Assembly: GCA_951406725.2 (NCBI GenBank)
Contig: OX597822.1
Span: forward strand, 84,444,001 to 84,508,000
Source of the DNA: Octopus vulgaris
Taxonomy: Eukaryota
DNA: 64,000 bases
Direction: 5' to 3'
Part shown: positions 13,001 to 26,810 of the stretch, in pieces
Numbering within the stretch: the stretch's first letter is position 1
Layout: every line of letters begins with the position of its first letter
Notes under the pieces: model-generated
What the model saw: only the letters and a program-made list of their open reading frames with translations
Told to the model about the DNA's origin: nothing
Databases searched by the model: none
Translations under genes and position numbers: made by a program

Positions 13001-13812
13001 CATTCTTTGTGTATCATCTCCCCTCAAACATTCTGTAAATAATTTCACATTAAATTTCTCTTGGCTTACTTTCTTAAATTCATAATTTGCATTTTGTACA
13101 CTTATTCCTTGTGTTGTTTATCAAATTTTACTGTTATTAATTAATTATAGAATCAAATATTTGGTGTAACTTACTTTTGAGATCATTTGAACACACACTA
13201 CAAATAATACATTTTGGAATTGTATAGATTTTAATGCAGAGTTATAGATAAGCCCATTTCTATGCACTGAAGTTTTAATCTTTGATATACTATTTGTTAT
13301 TGTACCACTGCCAAAGTGGAATGGATGGTTTTGCAAAATGGTTTCTCAATTTGTCAATATATCCAGTCATTTTTAAAAAATCTTGTTCAGGATTTTTTTT
13401 ACTATGCTAGAGATAGTTTTATGAAATTTCCATTTTCTGGTTAAACTTTATATTTTAATCATTTCACTAATTATCTGTATAGTAATTATCTTCAGATGGA
13501 TTCTGCATATGCAGCCTTTGGCTCAAAACGCTCTAGTCATGACCAATTTGTCTTTAGTTCAGGCATGAATCAAGTTATTTCTTTTTCAACCTGGGTAGGG
13601 CACGATTTAAGGGAAATTTGGCTGTTGTTTCTAGCACATTGAACAACCACATACACTTGGTTGTGATTGTTGTAGTTCTCTGTTAATGTATAAAATGTTT
13701 TATTGATGATGCGTATTTAATAATCTTTCATGTTTTATGTATCTACATTTGGAAATATTAATGGCATTTTAGATTAATTGTCTTTCTCTCTCTCTCTCTC
13801 CTTTTAGGTTAA

Positions 13813-13989
<177 letters not shown>

Positions 13990-13999
13990 TGATTAGTGA

Positions 14000-14251
<252 letters not shown>

Positions 14252-14269
14252 TGATGTTTGAAATTTTGT

Positions 14270-14515
14270 AATTGTAAAGAAGTGCCAATTTCTGTGGCAG
14301 GAACCTGTGGAAGAGGTAGACCCAGGAAGACATGGGATGAGGTGGTAAAGCACAATTACTCTTGGCCAGTGATACATAAAAGGCACCCACTACACTCTTG
14401 GAGTGGTTGGTATTGGGAAGGGCATCCAGCTGTAGAAACCAAGCCTGATACATATTACTAGTTCCATTCAAGCCATCTAGCCCATGCTAGCATGGAAAAT
14501 GGATGCTAAATAATG
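14270..14515 (+). mobile_element. Short RTE fragment joined to RTE 3' tail
   Basis: GTCGRGRPRKTWDEVVKH followed by the aaaaggcacccactacactc...ccatgctagcatggaa tail. Confidence 0.8.
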
Positions 14516-16345
14516 GAGATCACAAAAAATTGTAAATGTAGTGAAGACCACAAAGAGTTAAATAAAACCATGTGGGAAGTGATTTAGACATTGATGAAAA
14601 GTGAGAACTATGAGTTATTTCTTTGACAGACCATGGGAAACAAACTTTTCAAAAAATTTAGTTATACTAGTAGAAGGTAAATCTCAATTTCAAATTTTGG
14701 CACAAGGCCAGCAATTTAGGAGGAAAAGGAGGTAAGTCGATTACATTGATCCCCAGTGCTCAACTGGTACTTATTTTATTGATCCAAAAAAGGATGAAAG
14801 GCGAAGTCAACCTTAGTGGAATATGAATTCAGAACCTAAAGACAGGTGAAAAACTGCTAAGTTTTTCGCCCAGCGTTCTAATGATTCTGCCAGCATTATG
14901 CTGCTTTACTAGAAAGTAAATATTAAAAATACTTCTCCATGAATTTCAAACAACTTTTTACGTAAATACAAAAGAAAACTAGTTAGTGTTATATGCTTTG
15001 AGATATTTCAGTATTCCTGCTGATATCATTCCAATGTTTTCAGCCTGAGATGTAACAGTGTTCATTGTCATCAATAAACGTTGTTTCCTTGCCTGCATGG
15101 ATTAGTTCACTAAGGCCTACTCCCTATGGTAGGATGCCTTTACTTGTTTCTAGGCAAGGTAATATATCCCATGGCCAGACATGTTTTTCCACAGATAATT
15201 TGAAATGAACTGCATGTGTATGATGGTGACACATGTTTACAACAATCACATGATATGAGGACAAGGGTACAAAACATATACATACACAGATAACAGGCTT
15301 TAGATAATTTAAATAGGCTTTCTAATGTTAGGAGAATGCTCTGTAATTCTTAAATTTATGATGCAAATTGATGTAAATACATTTTATGTATCATAAATAC
15401 ATTGCTTTTATTTATCAATCAACTTAAATATTTTAATCTCATAGGCACTGTATGTACTTTTTAGAGATTCCTGGGTCTCTTGATAATTTTTTCAAAGTCA
15501 AAAATTTTGGTAGAATTAGTTAATATATATTTTAAATTTACCCTAATGTTGAGTTAAGTGAAGTCATTGTCAAAGCACCATTCAAGTGTGGTTGTTGCCA
15601 GTGCCGCCTGACTGGCCCTCATTGCCGGTAGCACGTAAAAAGCACCCTCTACACTCTCGGAGTGGTTGGCGTTAGGTAGGGTATCAAGCTGTCGAAATCT
15701 TGCCAGATCAGATTGGAGCCTGGTACAGCCTTCTGGCTTGCCAGTCCTCAGTCAAACTGTCTAACCTATGCCAACATGGAAAGCGGACATTAAATGATGA
15801 TGATGAATGTAATTTAAAAGAATAAATTTAAGAATGAAATTTCTTTTGCAATATTTTGAGTTATTCTTTTACACTTTTTGCTGGAAATCAGAAATAACTT
15901 CAGGACGGTTATTTCACAGTTAGTTGAAAACCTAGTTTTAGAAATAACTTGAAATGTTTATTAATTTTAATTTTTTAGCTGTTACGTTTGATAGTTGACT
16001 TTTAAAATGTAAGTTTACTCTGACTTTATTAAGTTTTCCATTATTTTTTTGTTGCTATATATGTAATGTATTGTGGTGCTTTGGGAACAACTGAAGAACC
16101 TCTGCCTTTGAAGCTATTTTAAACTCTTGATTATTTTACCATTTTAGCATGTCCTTTCATGTATTTAAAGAAATCACTGAAAATGATGTGTCTGTTCTTG
16201 TGAACATTACCAAGCCTTTGTTAGAAAGAGCATTTGACTTGCTGAAACGGGTTACATCTTGTTGAGCATTTCAGTTTTTTTTTCTTTTTTAATTAAAACA
16301 TTAAAAAGTTTCTGTGTAATGGAATTATATGTGAATTGTTTCCAG

Positions 16346-16470
16346 GGTTAATTTTTGTTGTGGATAGCAATGATAGAGAAAGAATTCAAGAGGCCTGTGA
16401 AGAATTAAACCGGATGCTTAATGAGGATGAACTGAGGGATGCAGTGGTACTTGTTTTTGCTAATAAACAG
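16346..16470 (+). CDS. ARF1: ARF1-like coding exon 3
   Basis: Acceptor tttccag, donor gtaaat, 125 nt. Translates (G)[41 protein letters not shown]; overlaps ORF 16336..16521. Confidence 0.97.
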
Positions 16471-16941
16471 GTAAATACAATTATGAGTATTTATTATAAA
16501 ATCATTTTTCCTTTGCTGTAAATAACTTGATGAATTGTTTGCTCTCCAAAGACGTGTTTGAACTACTGCATCACATGCTTTAGAATCTAGTGATGTGCAG
16601 ATAACTTGTGGAAAAGAATTGGTTAAATCTCTTATCAACTTTAGTATTTGATTGGTATGTTATTTACTGATATGTTGTGTATGCACATATGCATGCGCAC
16701 ACTCACACACACCAGTCAGAGATAGAAAATGAAAGTCATAAGAGAAGTTTGTGTGGAAAGATGAGAATTGAAAGGAAGTGAAGAATAACAGGAAAAAAGG
16801 AAAGTGAGATGATGGTGATGCAGTTGTTTTATTATAAACTGTGATTGAGGCTCTTGAAAGGAAAATGCATGTTTACTCACTTAGCCATGTCTGGGGCTTT
16901 TGATAATGAAGTGGTGTTTCCCATACATAATGCAAGTTTAA

Positions 16942-17155
16942 CCCTTTCGTTACTGTATTTATTTTGAGATGCTCTGTATTTATTTCAATTACTTTAAATA
17001 TAACAAAGAATTTAATAAAATAACTTAGTTATCATTCAGCTAGTGTTAGGAGCAGAAATTGTGACTAAGGTTTGGTGGAAGATTTTAATTCAAAACTTAT
17101 GAAAACAAGACATTTGTACTCAGAGCCAGTTTCAGCTGGGCTGGTAATGAAAGTG
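16942..17155 (+). mobile_element. piggyBac-type MITE family A
   Basis: TTAA|CCCTTTCGTTAC ... GTAATGAAAGTG|TTAA; a closely similar copy lies at 21873-22094. Confidence 0.85.
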
Positions 17156-17745
17156 TTAAGGCCATCACTTTCACAAGTGTAGTTACTCACTTGGCTTAGG
17201 CAATGAAACATAGCAAGTGATATAAGATTGCTTGAATTACATGACTTTGTTTTTGTTTCTGGCTACAGCCATCTGAACTTCTGCACATAAGGTATACTAT
17301 CCAGAATGAATTAGGATTGAAAATATTTATGCATAATAAATATTTCTGTTTAGTGGTCAGCAGCTCTGTAGTTCTGGCTAATTAATCAATTAACTGAAGG
17401 ATTGATTAAATATGCAAATTGCAATGTGCAGTGATTGCTTTGTTAAATTATTTGAAACACATAAAAGCAAAATAATTGATAATTTATTTGCTTTTTTTTG
17501 TCTTTCTTTTTTAATATACTCTCTAATTAATACGTTGATTCTAATTGGTGGTCAACTTTGGATTTACAAGTTGTACTTGTCACAAGAAATGAATAACACC
17601 TTGTATGGATTACCATAATATCAACCAAGTTCTATTTGCACAGCGTGCTTAAAAAGTTACTTGCCTGGATTTATTTAATCCTTATTTTCCATTGTTATTT
17701 GACTCCACATATACTTTCTTGTGCTTACTACGGATTACCGTCATA

Positions 17746-17982
17746 ATGGAGAAGTTATTCAACGTATCTTTAAAGGATATACCCATACCATCTAAGAAGG
17801 AATATTTAAAAGTCCTTATTGACAAGACCAATTCTGTTATACACTGAATGGTGAATGGGTTGGAGGGCATATATCACTTTGATAAAGCTTGTGACTTCAA
17901 GTGCAAGTTTAAGTCCCACAGGAACCCACTGTATAACCCACACCTTGCTGAATTTGAGGAAGAACTTTTGAGCATTATAAAG
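17746..17982 (+). pseudogene. Penelope-like retroelement ORF N-terminal fragment
   Basis: MEKLFNVSLKDIPIPSKKEYLKVLIDKTNSVIH*...WRA...FKFKSHRNPLYNPHLAEFEEELLSIIK resembles the S(L/M)KNIPIPS...LIEK...RMRWKA...FKS...L..FE..L N-terminus of invertebrate Penelope-like RTs (recognised from memory). Stop and frameshift present. Confidence 0.55.
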
Positions 17983-18841
17983 GTCATAGTATCTCACTAT
18001 CATTCTCAAAGCCCTCCCTGTCTACGATCATACCCCACATACTATAGCCCCTTGTGTGCCTCTCTATCTCCCTCTCCACTGCTCCTACACCTTGCACATC
18101 ATCCCACTACTTTCTGTTCTATTCTCCATCCCTGAGCCACCCCTCTGTCACCTTACCCCCTTTCTATACTGGTACTCCCATCTGCAGCCCACCCTATTTC
18201 ACCACTCACTTCATTAATCCCTACCTCCACCTGTTTACTTCTTCCTCCTCACTCTTATGACCCACTCTGTTTCCTCTCTTAGGCTCACCTTCTTGTACCT
18301 TGAGAGTTTGCTCTCGCACTCCATCACTGCCTTTCTCTTCTTCAGTCATGCATCTAAGACACCTGTGATTTTTCCCTTTCAACACTGGCATAAAGCCACC
18401 CATTGTCACCTTCTCCTCCCAAACCCTTATTAGTGATAGCTTTTTTTCCTTTTGCTTCTTCTCTCTTGTAAGTTACATGGCTATATCAGTAGTATTAGTA
18501 GCATGAAAAGAAGCATCCAGTCGTAGAAACCATGCCAAAGATGACCTTGGAGCTTGACTCTAGCTTCCAGTTGGCTACTTTGTGTCAAACTATGCAATCT
18601 GTATCATTATGGAAAGTGGACATTGAAATATGATGAATTATTGTGTACATAATGCAATTTGTCATTCTACATTCATTTTTCTTTGCTGCCATGGGGAGAA
18701 TGGATCATCGTGTATCAAATCTGTTATTTTAAGTTAACTTCTCTGGTAGAGAGGTTAGAGGTTACATCTCATTATACATTCCATTTTTCACACCTTTTCT
18801 GTAGCTGATGGGCCCTTGTCACTGTGTGTGTGTATATATAT

Positions 18842-18872
<31 letters not shown>

Positions 18873-19026
18873 CTGCTGGGTGGTTGGTGTTAGGAAGAAC
18901 ATCCAGCTGTAAAAATCCTACCAAAACAGACACAGAAGTCTGGTACCGGCTTCTGATTGACCGGCTCCTGTCAAACTGTCCCACCCATACCAGCATAGAA
19001 GGCAGACATTAAACAGTGGTGGTGGT

Positions 19027-19070
<44 letters not shown>

Positions 19071-20339
19071 TATATATATATATATATAGATATATATATA
19101 TCATTCAGTTGTCCAATATATTGAATTAGAATGGTAATTCTGCATAAATTTATTGAATCGATATTTATAAAAGTGAGAAGCATTATTTTCACTTAAAATT
19201 TTCCTTGTTTGTCTCTAACCCACTTTAAAATGGAATACAAAAAAGCAGTACAGCTGTGACAGTTTAGTCAATATTTCGACAATCAATATATGTACTATAT
19301 AAACCGTATAATGATATACAGTATATTTCATGTGTGTGTGTATGTACGTACGTATGTATGTATGTATATATGTATATATATATATATATATATAATCTTT
19401 AAAGTGTGTGTATGTGTAAATATCTATATATACACACACACACACTCTGATTGAATCTTCCATGCATTAACATGTACCTCCTCTCGACAATGTAAACCTT
19501 CATTTAATCAAGATGTCCTTGGCCTGAAGAGTAACCTGCAGTATACACCTCACCTGGATATTTACCACTTCTGTGGTTCCACTTGCTATAAAACATACGT
19601 AGCCCAGATCTTATCTACTTCATTCCTTAGCTCTTGTATTCTTATTCACACACTCGGCAACCCTGGTTGCCTACCGTAAAATATAAAAATAACCTTTTTC
19701 AGTTTATTGTACTTCGATTCAAAAAAATTAACAACGTCCCATCTCAGTAAGCCACTATTGTCCCTGAAAGTTGTTTTTTATATTTACTATGGATTGCTTG
19801 AAGCTAACTTTCTTCCTACACTTTGATTCCTGGATCTTACATTTATAATATAGATCTGACTGGACTGGTGCAGCTTTCGGGCTCCCCAGACCCCAGTTGA
19901 ACCATCCAACCCATGCTAGCATGGAAAGCGGACGTTAAATGATGATGATGATGATGACATATATAAATGTGTATATATAAATGTATATATATATATATAT
20001 ATATATATATGAGTGTGTGTGTGTATCTATATAAAATATACATTACTTAAGATAGTTTAACTTCCATTTTCCTTGCCTGCATTGGTCAGGTGGAATTCTG
20101 TGAGGTTTATTTTCTATGGTTTGCTGACATGGGTTGGAACCCTTTGACTAAACATGTTTTCATAGAAAATTTGAAAGAACACTGCTTGTTTCATAGTGAC
20201 AAATAATTACAAGATAACACACACAGTGGATCTCTCACTTCCTGGCAGTAACTCTCTCTCCTCTTTGTCACACTTTGCACTTTCTTGCCTCCCACATTTG
20301 TTACTCATCTTTTGTTCTGCATACATTATATTCTTTTGC

Positions 20340-20760
20340 CCATCATTGACCTGTTGAGTCAAGTAAAATTATTGTCATGGCCGATGCCAGTACCACCTGA
20401 CTGGTACCCTTGCCAGTGGTACGTGAAAAGCACCATTTGAGCGTGGTTGGTGCCAGTCCCGCCGGACTGGCTCCCGTGCTGGTTGCATTTAAAATGCACC
20501 ATACTAACGTGATCAATGCCAGTGCTGCCTGACTGGTCCTATGCCGGTGGTACATAAAAAACATCATCCAAGTATGGTTGATGCCAGCACCCTCTACACT
20601 CTTAGAGTGGTTGGCGTTAGGTAGGGTATCAAGCTGTCGAAACCTTGCCAGATCACATTGGAACCTGGTGCAGCCTTCTGGCTTGCCAGTCCTCAGTCAA
20701 ACCATCCAACCTATGCCAGCATGGAAAGTGGACGTTAAACAATGATGATGATGATGATAA
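20340..20760 (+). mobile_element. RTE 3'-UTR/tail repeat (representative; similar copies near 2400-2620, 15575-15806, 18875-19030, 19850-19958, 35555-35730(-), 39945-40025, 51745-51975, 52640-52805)
   Basis: Shared gagtggttggcgttagg...aaaccatccaacccatgccagcatggaaagcggacgttaaa(tga)n sequence, matching the tail of the RTE at 57060-57650. Confidence 0.8.
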
Positions 20761-21872
20761 CATCTTGGACATCCATCATTACTCTATCTCTTTGGGTCAT
20801 GTTGACTTCCGGCACCTCAGTTTTGTTGCCTTGAATAATCATACTTACAGTATTGAGTACTCCTGTCCCTCATTCCATTTGCACACATCCCTCTCATCAC
20901 ATCATTTGTGCCTCTATTTTTCATGCTTCTCAGTCTGTAATGAAGCAGACATAGGGGTTGTGAAGTCCCTTTAGTTGTTATGAGAACATGGCTGACCTGT
21001 CTAGATGAGCGGACCTTCCTATCCATGTCATCATGGACAACAGATGATATATATGTCCTGTGGTTAAGAAGTTGCCTTTGTTCCTTGTGATCGGGTTTGA
21101 TCCCACTGTGTAAATGCTACCGACTGGTGTCTACATTAACCACAAGTGACGTGCAAGACAAAGACTTCTCAGCTAGGAGAGGGAGTGGAACCACGGGAAA
21201 TGGCTTTGTTCCAGATGAGAGGTGAGAGTATAATAGAGGGATAGAGATAGGTATCTTACTGTAGAGACACTTGGGCACCCCAGTAGGAAAAGAAGAAAGA
21301 GATGGTGTTGGAGATGCAGTGGGGAGGGAAACTGGAAGGGGTTCATGTGTGCAAGTGTGTGGTTTGCTTGTCTTGATATGTGCACACTGATAGTAAACAA
21401 AGGATATCAGTTATATAAAATGGTGTCACTTGCTGCAAATCTCTGCAAAAGCATTATTTGGGATTTGCCTTGAAATAGGTAAATGTTGGTAACATGGAGA
21501 GCACCTAATCAGAGAAGAATCTTCCTCTGCATGGGTTGCCTGAACTATGCAAGCATATAAGCAATTGCTACATAGGTGTGTGTGTGTGCACAAATACTTG
21601 GTAGCCTCACTAATGCTAGTGTCACAAAAAAGGCAGCCAAAACACACTGTAAAGTTCTTGGCATTAAATTGTTGATTCCAGGGTTAATAAGCTGACAAGT
21701 TTTTTTGTTGTCAGTGATCATCATCTTGCAACAATCCTCTTTACAAGCAGCTTTGAATGTTGAAAAAAAGAAAATCTGCATCATGTTTTAAATGATTCAA
21801 AAGATATTGTTTCTCTTTGTGATAGAGAAACAGTCTCAATAGATGCCCTGCAGAAATGCTATAATACTATAA

Positions 21873-22094
21873 CCCTTTCATTACTGTATTTATTTTGAGA
21901 AGCTCTGTGTTTTTTTCAATTATTTTAAGTATAACAAAGTATTTAGTAAAATAACTTAGTTATAATTAAGCTAGTGTTAGGAATGTAAATTGTGACTAAA
22001 GGTTTGATGGAAGATTTTAATTCAGAACTTTTAAAAACAAGACATTTGTACTACAAAGCCAGAGCCAGTTTCAGCTGGGTTGGTAACAAAAAGG
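21873..22094 (+). mobile_element. piggyBac-type MITE family A, second copy
   Basis: ataa|CCCTTTCATTAC ... GTAACAAAAAGG|TTAA; direct repeat of 16942-17155. Confidence 0.85.
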
Positions 22095-23681
22095 TTAAAC
22101 ATTGGCTTCACAAATGCTAGGATAATCTTTGGCTCTTCTCTCCCACCGTCCTTATATTTATCAGCATAGAGATTGTTTGTTCAAAAATACAGAATTTTGT
22201 TTGTTTCTTGCCTTATCAGTATTCAGTTGCTGTGTTAGGAAAGAAGACTTGTTGGAGAAGGCAGGCAGCAGTAGTTCTGTAGTTTGGAAATTGAGGTATT
22301 GATGTGATAGTTTCAGATGCTGGAGCGTGTGATATCTCCCTGCTTATTCACATATTTGACTTGACAAATGAATGTATTTCACTATCAAGAGGGCAGTGGA
22401 AGACTTCCAACAGTTGGCCATTGCAGTGAACCTCTCATTGCAAAGTTACAATTCCACCGGGTTATCATTCCTGATATCCTTCGAATTCTTTCATTTTGGA
22501 AGACTGTCCCTTGTACACAGGATGTGAAGCCTCGCCATACCTTCAAAGCTGAATGGCTTTAATTACCTCCTACTGCATCTACCATTTTTCTAGTATTAAT
22601 GCATAGATCATGTGCTTAATATTAATGCAGCTCCCAAGTCTCCATTTAGGTCTGGTATTTTATCTTGCATAAATCGTAATTTTGTGGGCCTTAGCTTTGT
22701 TTCATTGAACCATGTCAGACAGCAAATGAAGCACACACACACACACCATGCTGTCTTGAAATTGTTTCATCATATCTCTGGATGATGTAGATTTTAAAAG
22801 ATTATACACACGTACACACACACACACACACACCATCAATTAATAGATATCATCAGGCCCTACATGGTGTGGTTGCTAGATTCATTCTCTTGCACTCAAC
22901 TTAAGTAGCCATATTCATCCAAGTGTTGTTGGAAAAGAGAGATCCTTCTCGGAAATAAAACTTTTCTTCATGGTGTGTTATGCAAATTATATGCTATTGT
23001 TAGCTTTTTGCCATTTGGAGCTAATGCTACAATCCATTACCTCTAAGTAAACAGGACATGTATAACAGCTCTTCATTGTGCAGCAGTTTTAAGGTTCACT
23101 GTTTGATATAATGATAGCAATTTGTGTTGATCTTCCTCTTCAATTAATGACAGTGGATGCTTTGAGCATATCTTGAATCGATTCTGTGGAAGTCTAAGGA
23201 ATGTAATTAGGATATGGGTTTCTCTCCAGTAAGTGTGTGTGTGTACGTGTGTATAATCTTTTAAAATCTACATCATCATCATGGGCCACATAAGTTCTTA
23301 TTTGAAGCTGCTGCACTCTTATCCATTTAATTTTTTATCTTTTTAATGTTTCAACATTTATTTTTTAATTATCCTATATAATACACTTTGTGGACAATTA
23401 CATTGTTCACAGTATGTCAGTCTGTTCAGTGTTGACCCTGGCATTTCTGGTGGCCAAATCAAATAAAACAGCACAGTATTTTGGTTTGAACTCTGCATAT
23501 ATTTACAAAAATATGTACACACAACTGGCTTCTGCACACTTTCAGTCTACAGAAATTTTGTTCCCAAAGTAAAAATGTTTAATTGTTTTTTCTGTAATTT
23601 TAGTAAACAGTCAAAAAATATAGGAATTATTACAAAGCTTTTTTTTTTTTCCTGGAAGAAAACAAGATACACAAAGAAATA

Positions 23682-24114
23682 ATTTACATTTGACGTATAT
23701 TTGTCCTCATCGTGTTTGTTGTTAACACGTTTCAGCTGTTATATTCTCCAGCCTTCATCAGGTGTCTTGGGTAAATTTCGAACCTGGGTTCTCATTCCTA
23801 AGGTATTTTTCAATATTATCATCATCATCCCTGCTTGGAATCAAACTCGGAATCTTGGGGTTAGTAGCTCGCACACTTAACCACTGTGCCATATGCCCAT
23901 GAGCATAGTGGTTAAGAGCGTGGGCTACTAACCCCAAGATTCCAAGTTCGATTCCAAGCAGTGACCTGAATAATATAATAACAACAACAACATTGAAAAA
24001 TAGTAATGAGAACCCAGGTTCGAAATTACCACAAGACACCTGATGAGGGCTGGGGTGTATATCAGACGAAACATGTTAACAAACAAAATGAGGACAAATA
24101 TGTCAAATGTAAAT
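23682..24114. mobile_element. Palindromic (head-to-head) tRNA-headed SINE-like element with a hammerhead-like core in each arm
   Basis: Arms mirror about ~23900. Each arm has an A-box-like TAGTGG/CAGTGG, a B-box-like GTT(C/T)GATTCC, an (AAT/AAC)n linker, then CTGATGA-GGCTG..CAG(C/A)-GAAA (+: 24040-24071; -: 23761-23730). Confidence 0.8.
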
Positions 24115-24778
24115 AATGTGCAAAATTCATCTCTTAAATATAGAACAGAAAAGAAAAAATTGCTCAGAAAGTATTTACTAATTTCTCATGCAAGTCTTCA
24201 ATATTGCACCCAACAATTACTTGGACAAAATATTCCAACTAAAATTCATAATCAGGCTTAGTTTTTTTTTTTTTATTTACTCTTATTAAATGAAGTATTT
24301 TAAAGTGAATTGTTTACATGCATAGAATAATTTCTGGTACTTTAGGACTTTTTAAAATAATCATATTCACAGCCATACTTGATCTGTATTCTGCATTTAT
24401 GGCGTAATGAAATTGAAATGAAGACTTTCCAACTCTACTGTAAACATTGCATTTATTATATTGGCATGATTTTGGGCTTAGAAAAGAGGTTACAGGGTTT
24501 GATTATAAAGTTTTTAAAAAAAGAGTAAGCAGATGGTGGTTTACTGAAATATAGTTATTGTCTTTTGCTAAGAAATTAGTTTACCTCTGAACAAACATCG
24601 AAAATGCTTCTTCAATGCACTTTGCAAAAGTTCTTCCTCCTAAGCATAAAAATTTGATGGAAAGAGTAAAATTGAATATATTTGTCTCACCTTGTTTGAA
24701 TTGCCTTCTCTTTTTTTTTTTTTTTTTTTTTGTGGTTGTTTAATGGTTTTCTAATGTTTCCCATTTTTATTTCAATAG

Positions 24779-24940
24779 GATTTACCAAATGCTATGAATG
24801 CTGCAGAAGTGACTGACAAGTTGCAATTGCATGGCCTGACTAATAGATCCTGGTATATCCAAGCAACGTGTGCAACAAGTGGAGATGGATTGTATGAAGG
24901 ACTTGATTGGTTGTCAAATCAATTGAAAAGTGGGAAATAA
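24779..24940 (+). CDS. ARF1: ARF1-like coding exon 4 (to stop)
   Basis: Polypyrimidine tract plus caatag acceptor. Translates [53 protein letters not shown]. Completes NKQD and CAT motifs; 148+111+125+162=546 nt, i.e. 181 aa plus stop. Confidence 0.97.
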   Translation, partial: DLPNAMNAAEVTDKLQLHGLTNRSWYIQATCATSGDGLYEGLDWLSNQLKSGK

Positions 24941-26810
24941 GTTCCAAGGAGGAAATGTTTGTATGAATTCCAAAAGTGGCTGTCTGCGGGTTGACTGCTG
25001 CCTGTCAGTATGCAATCACTTTTGCTCATTCCCTCAGTTTCACATTGTCTGTACAGTCCGTGTTCATTTGTTATTCAATTTCAGTGTCAGGGTTTCAGTT
25101 CTTTCTCTCGCTCGCCTGTTGGGAAACTGGCCCTTACACAATGTAAGATAAATTTATAGTTCTTTATGGTCAAAGCTATAGACTATTAATAGGGGTTACT
25201 CAGAATGTTCTTCTCGGCAGCAGCAGTGGTGATGGCACTGTGCCATGATAGTGATGATGGTGACTGTTTCTTTTAAATTACCACTATCACCACTGCTGCA
25301 AATAGGTAGAAAATTAAATAAAAAAAAAATTGAAAAAAAAATTGAAAAAAATTGAAATGCCATCAGCTCCATCAGCTTTTTTTTTTTTTTTGTTTTTTTT
25401 TTTCCGTTCATAACAGAACCTTTTTCTGTTAAAGTTTAATTAATTTCCTTTTTTTTTTTTTCCTGTAAATTTTTGTCTCCTCCTTCAAGTTGCTTGGAAT
25501 TAATGATGTGGACATTCTAGTAATCATAGAGGGTGGAGAATCATTTTTTTTTTCCCAGAGAAATAAAGCAGAACTATTGAAAAAAAAAATATTGAATCAG
25601 CAAAACTTAACAGCTTGGTATTGGTCAGTTGGCCTCTCATGGCATCTTCTTTCTTTCTTTTTTTTTTTTAACTGTTGGCTGTAAACTTTTAAATCTAAAG
25701 TGTGCTTATATGTTTTTTTTTCTCTCAAACATACACCATTTTTTTCTGAACCAAGTTAGACATTCCATGCCCCTTTCCCTATTTCTGACAACTAATGCAT
25801 TCTTCAAAGACTATTTCCACTTTGGTACTAATGAACTCATCACTTATCCCTGGGGTATTTACTGCCGCATTTGCATAATTAGCTGGGGGGTGGGGTGCTT
25901 CTTAAACTTTTGTTCAATTTTTTTTTGTTTGTGATTCTTAGGCATGGCATTAGAATTACATTCCAGGTTAACTTTGCTTCATAAAATATTTTTTTCTTTC
26001 CTTTTTGCAAAAATTGAGCTACCTTTATTTATCTTTATTTAAAAATTGCCATAAGTGGCATCTAAATTTGTTTCTTTATTCCTATTTCCATTGTGCTACG
26101 ACTAATCTCATTGCCTGAATACATAATCTTCAGCTATAGAATGTGAGAAATAAGAGTGATAATTATATAGATATATTCTCTGTATAATTGGCATTATATG
26201 AGGGGGTATCTGGTTGTAGGTATCATCAGAAAATTGCAGGGATAGACTCATCTGTTATTCGGAAATTTAAAAAGAAAAAAAATTGAAAAAATATTTGGAA
26301 ACATTTATTGAGGAGTTCTTGCATATTTATAAGTCAGCTTTAAATTGTATGCAGAATTTTATTTTAGTTGTTGTTTTTATTTTAATTTTATTTTCTCTAA
26401 TGTTAGTTGTGTTCCTCCTCCCATATTTCCAACACTGCATGTTAATACATTTTCTACTGATTCTTAGTTAGCATGAAATTAGTTGCAACCAATAAATAAT
26501 ATATATTATATCCATTGCAATCTTATGTTGACCTTGACAATACCCTTCCCAATCTATTTTTCCTATTTCTGTGATGTGATAACAACCTACCAAGGTGGGC
26601 TTGTTGCTCAACTTCATGCAATAACACCGTTTTTTGTTCCTCTGGAATCACTTAAACGATAAATTTGAGTTGGCTGAAAGTCTGCAAGTGCAGTTATTTT
26701 GAAATGACTGACCACCACTCCTAATAGCCAGTAATTCTTGCATGTCATTTGCATGGATTATTCAAATGTATACTGCATACAGATCTAATAAATATTTGAA
26801 CTCCCCTTTT
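24941..26810 (+). other. Probable ARF 3' UTR with candidate poly(A) signals
   Basis: U-rich stretch without recognisable TEs after the stop. AATAAA at 26491-26496 and at 26787-26792, the latter followed by U-rich sequence. True end uncertain. Confidence 0.5.

Noticed and set aside
23900-23970. Possible tRNA gene (also SINE heads at 1661, 31607, 33824, 56895)
   Set aside because: A/B boxes are present but there is no acceptor stem or full cloverleaf, and each continues into a repeated SINE body.
16471-24778. Mutually exclusive duplicate ARF exon in the 8.3-kb intron
   Set aside because: No second exon 3-like or exon 4-like sequence found by eye.
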